Of a stretch of DNA of 32,000 bases, positions 1 to 8,781 are shown piece after piece. The stretch is from Erysipelothrix inopinata. Its GTDB lineage: Bacteria > Bacillota_I > Bacilli_A > Erysipelotrichales > Erysipelotrichaceae. Each line of letters opens with the position of its first letter. Position 1 is the first letter of the stretch. The notes beneath the pieces were generated by a model, which worked only from the letters and a program-made list of their open reading frames with translations, did no database searches and was not told the origin of the DNA. The stretch covers positions 1,890,001-1,922,000 of the forward strand of contig NZ_CP060715.1 of the NCBI RefSeq assembly GCF_014396165.1, given 5' to 3'. Both the position numbers and the translations under genes were made by a program.

Positions 1-6
1 GAAATC

Positions 7-318
7 ATGGAACCGTTAAGAAAAATAGCTAAAGATGCTACTAAAAATATTGATGATGTTTTTGAACGTAAGCAAGCGGAAACCGAAATCTATACTTCCC
101 TTATGGACGCCTACGATCACGAAATGCTACAACAGAACAATTCCGAGAAGGCAATCCAGACAGTCGTTGATAATTTTGGCTACGAAGATCAAATGAGTGA
201 TGAATTAAAACAAGCACACTTGAGAAAACTCGGCTTAAAACAAATTCTATACCTTTGTTCAGCAACATTAGTCTTCTTCATTCTGTTATATTTACTTGTT
301 TTTTGGCTGTTTAGCTAA
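7..318 (+). CDS. Hypothetical protein with C-terminal membrane anchor; possibly 5'-truncated by the window edge
   Basis: ORF track. The frame stays open back to nt 1, so the start is uncertain. A charged helical N-part is followed by the hydrophobic tail LYLCSATLVFFILLYLLVFWLF. The stop overlaps the AAGGAGG RBS of the next gene. Confidence 0.5.
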   Translation: MEPLRKIAKDATKNIDDVFERKQAETEIYTSLMDAYDHEMLQQNNSEKAIQTVVDNFGYEDQMSDELKQAHLRKLGLKQILYLCSATLVFFILLYLLVFWLFS

Positions 319-330
319 GGAGGATTTAAA

Positions 331-666
331 ATGATTAAAAAATACTTATTCTGCCTTTCCGTTTATCTTCTAGTGTTTTTAGGCCTTGCTTCTTTCATTC
401 TAAACAAAGTAGAGAGTGGTTTTGGGGTCATCATCATGAGTCTCATTATCTCTAATAGTTTAGCTGTGTTAATTGTAAGTATGTTTATGTCTTATCGATA
501 TGGATTTGATTATATCCACACCATTCTTATGTCCTTGATTTATTTAATCTCAGTCTATGTTGTCTTTAATGAATCTGCTTTGTTTTACCTCCCCTTCTAC
601 CTCCTCATTGACTTCGTTGGCTTCGGGATAGGACGACTCATAAGAAACACACGTCAACCATCATAA
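331..666 (+). CDS. Small polytopic membrane protein, unknown function
   Basis: AAGGAGG lies about 6 nt upstream of the ATG at 331. The 111-aa product is almost entirely hydrophobic, with 3-4 spans. A hairpin terminator follows. Confidence 0.6.
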   Translation: MIKKYLFCLSVYLLVFLGLASFILNKVESGFGVIIMSLIISNSLAVLIVSMFMSYRYGFDYIHTILMSLIYLISVYVVFNESALFYLPFYLLIDFVGFGIGRLIRNTRQPS

Positions 667-709
667 AAAACTGTAAAGTGAGGAAAATTTCCTTATTTAC
701 AGTTTTTTT
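665..709. terminator. Bidirectional rho-independent terminator between convergent genes
   Basis: AAAAAACTGTAAA...TTTACAGTTTTTTT inverted repeat flanked by A- and T-runs, between the stops at 666 (+) and 712 (-). Confidence 0.75.
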
Positions 710-711
710 GT

Positions 712-1254
712 TTAAAAATCGTATTTTAGCGCATTTTCATTTTCAATACTTATAACGCGTTGCTCCAAATCTCGTGCAAGTGTTTTTAATCTAAAGTGAA
801 CATCATCTTCTACGATTGTATCTTTGTAGAAGTCTCTCCCCTCAAGAAAGACGTACTTCTCAATCGTAGATGCTTTCATATAATTCAAGATTGGTTTCAA
901 TTGATATTCAGCTACTAAATAATGACGTGGAGACCCCGCGGTTACAACCATACCAATCGGTTTGTCCTTAATCGAATCAATGGGGAGCAAATCAAAGATA
1001 TTCTTCAGCGCTCCGGGAATCGATGATTGATATACCGGAGTTCCCACAACAATACCATCTGCTTCAAATATCATTTCTATAATTCTCTTGGTATCACCTT
1101 CATAGTCTCGAAAATCACGACCATCAGCAAAATCTAAAGTTAGCTCACTCAAATCCACAATCTGATACTCAACAGAATCTGAGAATGCGATATTATTCAG
1201 TGCTATCTTTGTCTTTGATCCAAATACTGATCCAACAATTCCGAGTATTTTCAT
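712..1254 (-). CDS. NAD(P)H-dependent FMN reductase (flavodoxin-like; SsuE/MsuE-type partner of an LLM monooxygenase)
   Basis: N-terminus MKILGIVGSVFGSKT and the internal GTPVYQSSIPGALKN motif are typical of NADPH-dependent FMN reductases. Its ATG abuts the stop of the upstream LLM gene (TAAATG). Confidence 0.8.
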   Translation of the reverse strand: MKILGIVGSVFGSKTKIALNNIAFSDSVEYQIVDLSELTLDFADGRDFRDYEGDTKRIIEMIFEADGIVVGTPVYQSSIPGALKNIFDLLPIDSIKDKPIGMVVTAGSPRHYLVAEYQLKPILNYMKASTIEKYVFLEGRDFYKDTIVEDDVHFRLKTLARDLEQRVISIENENALKYDF

Positions 1255-2307
1255 TTATACTTCCTCCTTTTCTTGACGTATTCTTATTTCTTCACGTACT
1301 CGAGGAGCTATCACTTTACCAATGACTTCAATGTTATATTTCACTTGTTCCCATGGCATACCACCCAAATCAAGTTGAAGCATAATACGATCATTTTTAT
1401 AGATATCATATTGGTACAAGATTTTTTCAATGATTGTTTCAGGTTCTCCGACAAGAATCACATTACGAACATCGAGAGCATCAACGTAAGCCTCACGATT
1501 AAAGCCACGTCCATTTGCATTTTTAAAGGTATGATCAATATATTTGTAAAAGTTTTTAAATGCTTCCTGGTCAGTAGGCGCAGTATGAAAGAGGTTCGTA
1601 ACCCCTACTTTCATGGCATCTGTATAGGAGTGATGAAGTCGGAAGTTTTCTCGATAAGTTTTTACAGAATGATTAAACAAGGTTGCAGGACCCGCAAGCG
1701 TTGCAAGCATCATAGGAACACCTTGTCTACCAGCAAGTACTGCGCTGTAAGGAGGACCCCCTACTGCTCTCCAAATTGGAAGTGACCCTTGATGAGGCTT
1801 TGGATATAATACCGCTTCATTTAACGGTGCTCGAAAGTGGCCACGCCAAGATATAGGTTGTTTTTTATTCAATTCGAGGAGTAGTTCGAATTTTTCTTCA
1901 AACAATGCCTCATAGTCTCTAACGTTATAACCTAAGAGCTCAAAGAGACCTATTCTTGACGCTCTTCCGCCAACAATTTCTGCACGTCCATTCGACATCA
2001 AATCAATTGTTGAAAAATTCTCATAAATTCGAACCGGATCGGAAGTAGACACAATCGTTGCGGAACTCGATATTTTAATATTCTTAGTTTCTCGCGCAAT
2101 GCCTCCTAGAATTACCGCATGCGCTTGAGATATAAAATGTTCTTGATGGGATTCTCCGAGTGCAAAAACATCAAGACCCAATTCATCTGCTAATTTCGCA
2201 GCCTGAATTATTTCTTCAATACGTTGTTGTTCTGATACTTTAATATTTGTGTTTGGATCGGATAGATAATCACCAAGTGAATAAATTCCAATTTCAAAGT
2301 TAGCCAT
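1255..2307 (-). CDS. LLM-class (luciferase-like) flavin-dependent oxidoreductase/monooxygenase
   Basis: 350 aa. The sequence shows a TIM-barrel luciferase-like pattern (GIYSLGD..., FALGESHQ, GGRASRIGLFELLGY). It is coupled to the FMN reductase downstream. Confidence 0.8.
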   Translation of the reverse strand: MANFEIGIYSLGDYLSDPNTNIKVSEQQRIEEIIQAAKLADELGLDVFALGESHQEHFISQAHAVILGGIARETKNIKISSSATIVSTSDPVRIYENFSTIDLMSNGRAEIVGGRASRIGLFELLGYNVRDYEALFEEKFELLLELNKKQPISWRGHFRAPLNEAVLYPKPHQGSLPIWRAVGGPPYSAVLAGRQGVPMMLATLAGPATLFNHSVKTYRENFRLHHSYTDAMKVGVTNLFHTAPTDQEAFKNFYKYIDHTFKNANGRGFNREAYVDALDVRNVILVGEPETIIEKILYQYDIYKNDRIMLQLDLGGMPWEQVKYNIEVIGKVIAPRVREEIRIRQEKEEV

Positions 2308-2385
2308 AAGGGATAACCACCTTTCTTATGACTTAATTATGATATAATTAAACAACATTGAGAAGTAGGCACTTAATTGTAACCA

Positions 2386-2403
2386 AGTATCTAATTTGAT
2401 ACT
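2386..2403. promoter_or_regulatory. Perfect 6-6-6 palindrome AGTATC-TAATTT-GATACT in the divergent LLM/HxlR intergenic region; candidate HxlR-type operator
   Basis: Read directly. It lies 31 nt upstream of the hxlR-like ATG and between the divergent genes. Confidence 0.4.
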
Positions 2404-2433
2404 AATGAGTTGTGATGGGATAAAGAGGTACCA

Positions 2434-2766
2434 ATGAAAAAAGTAGAAAATGTTGTATTTTGTAAAGTTGATGACGCACTATCAATTTTGAGCGGAAAAT
2501 GGAAGGCATCAATACTTTTAACCCTGATATATCAGGGTCCGATGCGCTATGGCGAATTGAAAAGAGCACTGCCAAACATTACTCCAAAGATGTTATCAAG
2601 TCAGCTCAAAGAGCTGGAAGACGAAGGTCTTATTCTTCGTGAAGAATTCGCCGAGATTCCTCCCAAAGTAATCTATTCAATGACTGACTATGGTATGTCA
2701 ATTGAACCCATTCTTTCGCAATTACACGACTGGGGTATAAACCACATCACTAGAAATTCACAATAA
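2434..2766 (+). CDS. HxlR/DUF24-family winged-helix transcriptional regulator (YodB/HypR-like)
   Basis: C-x8-LSGKWK...GPMRYGELKRALPNITPKMLSSQLKELEDEGLI...Y.MTDYG is the classical HxlR signature. An N-terminal Cys (FCKVD) sits at the redox-sensing position. Confidence 0.88.
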   Translation: MKKVENVVFCKVDDALSILSGKWKASILLTLIYQGPMRYGELKRALPNITPKMLSSQLKELEDEGLILREEFAEIPPKVIYSMTDYGMSIEPILSQLHDWGINHITRNSQ

Positions 2767-2809
2767 AAAAATTTAGCTGACTCTCTTAATGGGAATCAGC
2801 TACATTTTT
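2766..2809. terminator. Bidirectional terminator between convergent hxlR-like and lipoprotein genes
   Basis: AAAAAAA-TTTAGCTGActc...gaaTCAGCTA-cATTTTT hairpin with flanking A/T runs. Confidence 0.65.
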
Positions 2810-2811
2810 AA

Positions 2812-3180
2812 TTATGATTCTTTTCCAAATACTGGATTGTTGTTTACCATGACAAAGTAAAGTTCTGGATTGGTTTCATCCCACTTAAAAATCATTTTAC
2901 TAATATTAGGACGTTGGTTCTTACGGATTTCTTTAATGATTACTACTGTACGTTCGCCTTCTTCTTTAATTATTAAATTTTCTTGTTCTGAAACGTCGAA
3001 TCCATAAGACTCAAAGGTTTCTGCAATATAGTCTTCTTTTGATTTTATTTTTGAAGTATCTTTCGAATCCGTCTCAACCACCACTGTATCTTTAACTTCA
3101 TCCTTTGGTGTTTCGACTTGTTTTTGACATCCTGTTAATGCTAATAATATGACCAGGACTAACGGCAAGATTTGTTGCAT
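2812..3180 (-). CDS. Small lipoprotein, unknown function
   Basis: Signal peptide with lipobox LALTGC (MQQILPLVLVILLALTGCQ), followed by a Lys/Glu/Asp-rich linker. Confidence 0.7.
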   Translation of the reverse strand: MQQILPLVLVILLALTGCQKQVETPKDEVKDTVVVETDSKDTSKIKSKEDYIAETFESYGFDVSEQENLIIKEEGERTVVIIKEIRKNQRPNISKMIFKWDETNPELYFVMVNNNPVFGKES

Positions 3181-3343
3181 AATATCTCCTTTCCACCAGC
3201 CCTGGACATAGAAACTATGATTCGACTGCGTTTATAGTTTAACATATACACATACAAATACAATCAATCGTCATATATTTGTAACGAGAATGATTGTAAT
3301 TAAAATTATCTTTCGTTATATTGTAGTTAGGAGGTATTTAATT

Positions 3344-4297
3344 ATGTGTACATCGATTACTTTAAACAGTCTTAACAACGATTATATTCTTGCAAGAAAT
3401 ATGGATTTCTCATTTGAACTCAATCCATTTATGGCATTTTTCCCACGTAATGCAGCTTTAACATATCATCAGGATTGCAAACCTGATACCAATCACTATG
3501 CATTCATGGGACTCAGTAAGAAACTTGATACCTATGTTTTAGCTGATGGAATTAATGAGCATGGCCTTGCGGGTGCTGCATTATACTATAAAGGTTACGC
3601 CCATTACGACATTACTCTGGCAAATCTTGGAACAGAAACTATCTATCCAGAACATGTCATCAGTTTTATGCTCGCAAAATGTCGAACCTTGGATGATGTT
3701 GAAAAGAGTTTTAAATCAATTCGTATCGAACCCCGCTCAATTCCTGGAATGAATATTGTTCCCCCTCTTCATTGGATATTTAGAGATAGTCTAGGGAATG
3801 ATATGATTGTGGAACTCAACCAACATGAGATTTCAATTATTAAAGATACTCTAGGAGTCATGGCTAACAGCCCTGATTACAACTGGCACCTTACTCATAC
3901 ACGTCTCTTTACCGGCCTTACAACACATCAGAGTACAGATTCCACATTCAACAACACATTAGTCAAACCATTTGGTGGTGACGGTGCTATGGGTCTCCCA
4001 GGAGATTACACTTCTCCTTCCCGTTTTATAAGAGCCCTTTTCAACTTACAAAACAGTAAAGAAGAACAAACTGCAAACGAAACAATTATCCGGGCAATGC
4101 ATATTCTTGGAACGGTGAACATCCCTAAAGGAATTATCGAAACTACAACGAAAGCAATTGACTATACTCAATATTCTACTTATATGGTTACCAATAATTT
4201 AACGTATGTTTACAGACTTTACAGTGATCTCATTCCAAGACACTACAACTTAAACGACTACGAATGGGATACTAATGAAATTAAAATTCTGGAATAA
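3344..4297 (+). CDS. Choloylglycine hydrolase family Ntn-hydrolase (bile salt hydrolase / penicillin V acylase type)
   Basis: The product starts MCTSITL (catalytic Cys2) with ARNMDF shortly after, and ANSPDYNWH later. AGGAGG lies 9 nt upstream of the ATG at 3344. The track ORF start at 3290 has no RBS. Confidence 0.85.
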   Translation: MCTSITLNSLNNDYILARNMDFSFELNPFMAFFPRNAALTYHQDCKPDTNHYAFMGLSKKLDTYVLADGINEHGLAGAALYYKGYAHYDITLANLGTETIYPEHVISFMLAKCRTLDDVEKSFKSIRIEPRSIPGMNIVPPLHWIFRDSLGNDMIVELNQHEISIIKDTLGVMANSPDYNWHLTHTRLFTGLTTHQSTDSTFNNTLVKPFGGDGAMGLPGDYTSPSRFIRALFNLQNSKEEQTANETIIRAMHILGTVNIPKGIIETTTKAIDYTQYSTYMVTNNLTYVYRLYSDLIPRHYNLNDYEWDTNEIKILE

Positions 4298-4304
4298 TTA
4301 AGTA

Positions 4305-5213
4305 TTAATTGTACTTAATATATATTTCCTTGTTGCTAATATTCGCTTTAACTTCATCTCCAATAATAATATTTTTATCAGTTATTAAAATCAAATCGTC
4401 ATTCATGTAGTATAGCCCTTGATACTCATCATTTGATTCTTCTTCCAGAGAGAGTTGATATGTTTCTAAATCAAATCGAAATAAATGCGACTTTCCATTG
4501 GAAGTAATTATATATAAAGATCCATCCACTAATATTGATTTGCAGGAAAGAAAACTTAGGTTTTCTTTTTTTATAACTTCAGATCCACTCCTAATCACCA
4601 ATTGATTCTCCCCTTGATTATTTATACTATAGATAAAAATTGAATCATCAATGTACATAGGATATATTTCTGAATATCCATTCATTTCATGGATCGAATG
4701 AACACCAAAGTTAGAATCAATTTCGAGCATTCGAGTGTAATTCTCCTCATCTTGATATTCAGCAATCAAAAGAGAATCTCCAACATAATTCCAACTTAAA
4801 AATCTTCCCTGCCGTTTTACACTATATGTACTATCAAATGCTTTACCATTAATCCTATATATCTTGACTTCGTAAGTATCTTCCAGTTGATTGATACTGT
4901 ATACAATCTGATTACGCACCAAAACCCCCATCGTTCTATCGGATACTTGCTTCGATTCTTTTACACCATTTGATATGTAATTCATGATTCCATCATTATC
5001 AATATATACCGCTTCCGATGAATTCATATCAAATGTAATCCAGGTTTTTTTCTGTCCCGCAATACGACTAATCTTCTCAGTTTTTTCATTAAATAGGTGA
5101 ACTTTGTTTCTAGTTAGAAACGGAATTTCGTATTTTTTTTCCGAACTTTCAATTCCACTACATCCAGCTAGTAGTAATATATAAAGAAAACACAAAAAAC
5201 TATTCTTTTTCAT
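4305..5213 (-). CDS. Lipoprotein of unknown function, last gene of the ABC/FtsX operon
   Basis: Lipobox LLLAGCSG. The mature part is about 280 aa and rich in short beta-strand-like repeats (IVYSIN, IFIYSINN, LYIITSNG, LILITDKN). Its start overlaps the permease stop by 14 nt. Confidence 0.7.
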   Translation of the reverse strand: MKKNSFLCFLYILLLAGCSGIESSEKKYEIPFLTRNKVHLFNEKTEKISRIAGQKKTWITFDMNSSEAVYIDNDGIMNYISNGVKESKQVSDRTMGVLVRNQIVYSINQLEDTYEVKIYRINGKAFDSTYSVKRQGRFLSWNYVGDSLLIAEYQDEENYTRMLEIDSNFGVHSIHEMNGYSEIYPMYIDDSIFIYSINNQGENQLVIRSGSEVIKKENLSFLSCKSILVDGSLYIITSNGKSHLFRFDLETYQLSLEEESNDEYQGLYYMNDDLILITDKNIIIGDEVKANISNKEIYIKYN

Positions 5214-6378
5214 ACCTAAATACCTCTACAATATTTATTCTAGTTAATTTTGTGATTGTTTCTAATGCTGTGAATACAACAGTTCCCAAAACTGCGGTAC
5301 CACTTAGCAAAATGTATCGAAACTTCATGTCGATTTGGATGTTATAGCCGATTTGTGGTAAAACTTTATTCAATATATATGTTATAAGTGCCGTTAATAA
5401 TGATGAAATTATAAAAGCTAGAAATCCAACCATTAAGTACTCACCGAGTAATATCATCACAATTTCTTTTTTCGAGTATCCCGAAGTCTTTAATATTGCA
5501 ACTTCTTTCGACTTTCTTTTAAACTGATTTTTTGAAGATGAACGGATGACTACGATTAAAACAATCATCAGTAACAATGTAATTACAGGCATTCCCCATC
5601 GAATAAGATTCGCAAGCATAGGTAGCTCTTCATTTGCTTTTAAACTGTGCCACGTTAAGAGATTCCCTAAAGACTCGATGCTATGAGCCACTTCGTTCAC
5701 ATGTTCTGTGTCATCTACGATAACCACAAGCTTCTCTCGACCAATTTCCAACTTTGCATACTCCGGTTCAGTAATCCCTAGTTGACTCATGACAATACTT
5801 TTCTGGGTATCTGGGGATACAAGTGCTACATTGTGATTCCACGATGATAAAGTAGGTTGATCATAGTAACTCTCAAGTTCTATCGGTATACTACCTCTAT
5901 ATCCTGAATTATCAGTTACTTTCACATTAAAAGATAAATCATATTTTTGTGCACCATTAAAAACATCCTCAAGTTCTCTGTTTAAAAATATTTTGCCATC
6001 ATTCATCAGAACACTTTTGTTAAGGATTGCACTAACTGATTCACTATCAATTCCAAGAATAAAAATACTCTCTCCCGATTCTCCTTCTTCAATAGAAGCA
6101 ATCGACAGATTGTTGTAGAAAGCTGAATCTACATATTCTAAATCTTTAATTTCTAGAAGTGTTTCTTCTGAAATTAAATTTTCATTAGAAAAAACTTCGA
6201 TATATCTTAAGTTCATATTATTATCGACTACATCATTAGAAAATTTAAATATCGTATTATTAGAAGCTACTATCAAGGAAACTAAAGTGATTAGCAGGGC
6301 TTGCACAATCATAATTCTCTTCATATTAATCAATTTTTGAATGAATGTATTATATAGATATTTAAAACTTGTATTCAT
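5200..6378 (-). CDS. FtsX/MacB-type ABC transporter permease (1 TM, about 230-aa extracytoplasmic domain, 3 TM)
   Basis: N-terminal TM IMIVQALLITLVSLIV, a large hydrophilic domain, then the FtsX signature KEVAILKTSGYSKKEIV and three hydrophobic spans. It overlaps the ATPase stop by 17 nt. Confidence 0.8.
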   Translation of the reverse strand: MNTSFKYLYNTFIQKLINMKRIMIVQALLITLVSLIVASNNTIFKFSNDVVDNNMNLRYIEVFSNENLISEETLLEIKDLEYVDSAFYNNLSIASIEEGESGESIFILGIDSESVSAILNKSVLMNDGKIFLNRELEDVFNGAQKYDLSFNVKVTDNSGYRGSIPIELESYYDQPTLSSWNHNVALVSPDTQKSIVMSQLGITEPEYAKLEIGREKLVVIVDDTEHVNEVAHSIESLGNLLTWHSLKANEELPMLANLIRWGMPVITLLLMIVLIVVIRSSSKNQFKRKSKEVAILKTSGYSKKEIVMILLGEYLMVGFLAFIISSLLTALITYILNKVLPQIGYNIQIDMKFRYILLSGTAVLGTVVFTALETITKLTRINIVEVFRYEKE

Positions 6379-7045
6379 TTGGAACCAGTTTCCCTTCTTC
6401 TAATTTTAATGAAATATCAGCAAAATCTTTAACAGTTTTACTGTGAGTGACAATGATTACTAATTTACCTTGATCTGCAAGAGTTCTAAAAATATCTAGA
6501 ATTATTTTTTCACTTTCTTCATCAACGTTTCCAGTGGGTTCATCAGCTAAAACTACTTTGGGATTTGATACCAATGCTCTTGCTATCGCCGTTCTTTGCT
6601 GCTCTCCACCAGAAAGTGTCATTGGATAATGACTTATGCGATTTTTCAAACCCAATTTAGACAACCAAAGTTTCGCTATTCTTTTTGCTTCATCTTTAGA
6701 TATTGTTTCGTTAGTCCACAGTGGTATCAATACATTATCCAAACAGGTCATGTTATCAATCAATTGATACTCTTGAAAAATTGCTCCAATATTATTTTGA
6801 CGAAATTTAGGTAACTCTTTATTTGGTATTTTATCTATGACAATAGAATCGTAACAAACATGGCCAGAACTTGGATTATCTAGCAAAGAAATTATATTCA
6901 AAAGTGTTGTTTTACCCACTCCTGATTTACCTACAATTGTATAAATTTTTCCACTTTCAAACAAATAATTAATATCATCCAACACCTGAATCTTCTCACT
7001 ACTATGCAAAAATGTCTTTGTAACCTTTGACAATGAAATTTTCAT
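6362..7045 (-). CDS. ABC transporter ATP-binding protein (MacB/LolD subfamily)
   Basis: Walker A GKSGVGKTT, signature LSGGEQQR, Walker B VVLADEPTGNVD and H-loop VTHS. GGAGGGG RBS upstream of the ATG. Confidence 0.9.
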   Translation of the reverse strand: MKISLSKVTKTFLHSSEKIQVLDDINYLFESGKIYTIVGKSGVGKTTLLNIISLLDNPSSGHVCYDSIVIDKIPNKELPKFRQNNIGAIFQEYQLIDNMTCLDNVLIPLWTNETISKDEAKRIAKLWLSKLGLKNRISHYPMTLSGGEQQRTAIARALVSNPKVVLADEPTGNVDEESEKIILDIFRTLADQGKLVIIVTHSKTVKDFADISLKLEEGKLVPNEYKF

Positions 7046-7216
7046 TTGAACCCCTCCACTATTGATTCAGAATTATTCTATACCAATACTAATTTATAGT
7101 CTTTATAGAACAATAAAGGGTTCAAATAGTGTACTTCATGGTACGTTTGATTCACTTAGCGTTCATATCATTCTAATAATCCGCAAGATACTAATATCCT
7201 ACATTTTCGTCGTGAA

Positions 7217-7243
7217 ATAAAAAAACCGCTTTTTAGCGGTCCT
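7217..7243 (-). terminator. Rho-independent terminator of the symporter gene
   Basis: The minus strand reads GGACCGCTAAAAAGCGGTTTTTTT immediately after the stop at 7251. Confidence 0.8.
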
Positions 7244-7250
7244 TTAAAAT

Positions 7251-8624
7251 TTAATTATTTTCAATTACAAGTTCATTTGATGTGCTGGTTTCAGAGTTAT
7301 AAATATCTAAATCAAGAGCATCCATTTCTTTAGATACACACACTGCACTAACACCATCATCAATAACATTCACTGCTGTTACTAACATTTCTACTGGTCT
7401 GTTAATTGCAAGAATGAAACTGTATGCAGCAAGAGCTGGTTGGTTAACATATCCCATTCCACTGATAATTGTAAAGAGTAGAATTGCTCCTGATCCAGGT
7501 GCTGCAGGCGTACTAATAGAACCAACTACAGTTAGTAAGACAATTGAGATTAACTCCAATACCCCGACTTGGTATCCCGCAACAGATGCTATAAACAATG
7601 TTGCAATGATTTGCATGATTGCAGTTCCAGTCATGTTAATGGTTGATGCAAGTGGTACTACAAATGATGCTACTGATGAATCCACTCCAAGATCATTTAT
7701 GATTGTTTCTTGAGCGAGCGGTAGTGTAGCTGCTGAAGATGATGTTGAGAAACCGAAGATTCCAACTTTATACATTTTTTTAATAAATGCGAATGGATTG
7801 AGTCCTGTTTTAATGTAAATGTATGTTGGAAAGACTACCAATACCGTAAAGAGTAAGGTAACTACTGTAACAACCATATAGATAAGTGCAGGTCTTAAGT
7901 AGTCCGTACCGTATGATGCAAGTGTTCTTACAAGTAAGCAGTAAATTGCGACGGGTCCAAGTTTTAAAATTACAAAGTCTAACAATTTCATGGTGATGAG
8001 GTAGATTTCATCTACCAGTTTCTTAATAACTTGAATTTGATCTCCAAGAATTTGAATGATTACCCCAACGACAAGCGCAAGAACTACCACCGCAATGATG
8101 TTTCCATTATTACCTAATGTTGCGACCACGTTGTTATTGAAAGCATTAAGGATAATCATTAGTGGATTGGTTGCATTAGTGACACCTTGAGCAATTTCAA
8201 TTGAATCAAGATTTGCAATTTGGAACCAACCAAGATTGTAAACGGTAAATCCAACCCCGACTGCTACTAAGATTGAAAGTGATAGAATTACAATAAAGTT
8301 TCCAAAAGTCTTTTTTGCTAGTTTATTTAATACGCGTGTTTCTTCAATGTGTTGAATTGCACGAATAATTGATGTAAATATAAGTGGAATCAAAACGAGC
8401 TGTAATATTCTCATAAAGATTTGACCAACTATAAACATAATTCCAATTGCTGATTTATTTGCTTCTTGTGTTATGTCAGCAAAGAGAAGGTTATTGATAC
8501 CTGTCCATATATTTGCATGGTTATTGGCAATGAGTCCTTCCCTCAAAAAAATCATTCCAATTCCAGTAATCATCCCTAAGATCAGTGTAATCATAATCTT
8601 GGATGTAAATGTATTTCGTTTCAT
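7251..8624 (-). CDS. Dicarboxylate/amino acid:cation symporter (DAACS/SDF family)
   Basis: About 457 aa and polytopic, with the SDF-family motifs GFSTSSSAATLP and SxxxNMTGTA and an IDD...A tail. Start reassigned to the ATG at 8624 (MKRNTF), preceded by GGGAGGAAG. The track extension to 8753 lacks an RBS. Confidence 0.85.
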   Translation of the reverse strand: MKRNTFTSKIMITLILGMITGIGMIFLREGLIANNHANIWTGINNLLFADITQEANKSAIGIMFIVGQIFMRILQLVLIPLIFTSIIRAIQHIEETRVLNKLAKKTFGNFIVILSLSILVAVGVGFTVYNLGWFQIANLDSIEIAQGVTNATNPLMIILNAFNNNVVATLGNNGNIIAVVVLALVVGVIIQILGDQIQVIKKLVDEIYLITMKLLDFVILKLGPVAIYCLLVRTLASYGTDYLRPALIYMVVTVVTLLFTVLVVFPTYIYIKTGLNPFAFIKKMYKVGIFGFSTSSSAATLPLAQETIINDLGVDSSVASFVVPLASTINMTGTAIMQIIATLFIASVAGYQVGVLELISIVLLTVVGSISTPAAPGSGAILLFTIISGMGYVNQPALAAYSFILAINRPVEMLVTAVNVIDDGVSAVCVSKEMDALDLDIYNSETSTSNELVIENN

Positions 8625-8666
8625 GTGTCTTCCTCCCGACTTCAGACCAAAATGTTTTTTTACAAT

Positions 8667-8691
8667 AAAAAAACTTATTGAATCAATAAGT
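8667..8691 (-). promoter_or_regulatory. Terminator-like hairpin plus U-tract in the 5' leader of the symporter gene (candidate attenuator, or a palindromic operator)
   Basis: The minus strand reads ACTTATTGA-T-TCAATAAGT followed by TTTTTT, about 45 nt upstream of the start codon. Confidence 0.4.
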
Positions 8692-8781
8692 CCGATAAGA
8701 TATAGAAAAGATACCAAAATATAGTGTATTTTAATTTCTCTCCTTATAAACATCTCGTGCTTATTTAAAGGATTCGTATGT

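Noticed and set aside
1273-1785. 170-aa plus-strand ORF inside the LLM monooxygenase gene.
   Set aside because: It is fully antisense to a well-supported CDS, has no RBS, and its composition (Phe/Ile/Lys/Cys-rich) is what AT-rich antisense translation produces. The same reasoning applies to the other short antisense ORFs in the track: 3546-3752, 6596-6814, 7414-7713, 8473-8724, 12182-12376, 12762-13036, 13617-13826, 14304-14486, 14947-15168, 15716-15976, 16882-17064, 18093-18293, 18527-18846, 19368-19565, 20662-20850, 24929-25117, 25194-25466, 26102-26522 and 26798-27244.
3290-3343. N-terminal 18-codon extension of the hydrolase ORF in the track.
   Set aside because: The family requires Cys as residue 2 after Met removal. 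The internal ATG at 3344 has a strong AGGAGG RBS, and the upstream ATG has none.
5133-5140. T8/A8 homopolymer near the 5' end of the lipoprotein gene as a possible phase-variation switch.
   Set aside because: Runs of 7-8 A/T are frequent throughout this AT-rich window, in both coding and non-coding sequence. There is no evidence of length heterogeneity, and the gene is intact.
8625-8753. 43-codon N-terminal extension of the symporter ORF.
   Set aside because: There is no RBS at 8753, whereas the ATG at 8624 is preceded by GGGAGGAAG. The extension also runs through the leader hairpin and U-tract.
8700-8760. GGAGAG in the symporter leader as a glycine-riboswitch core.
   Set aside because: The remaining conserved glycine-riboswitch elements (the ACCGAAGGGGCAA-type segment and tandem aptamer architecture) are absent.
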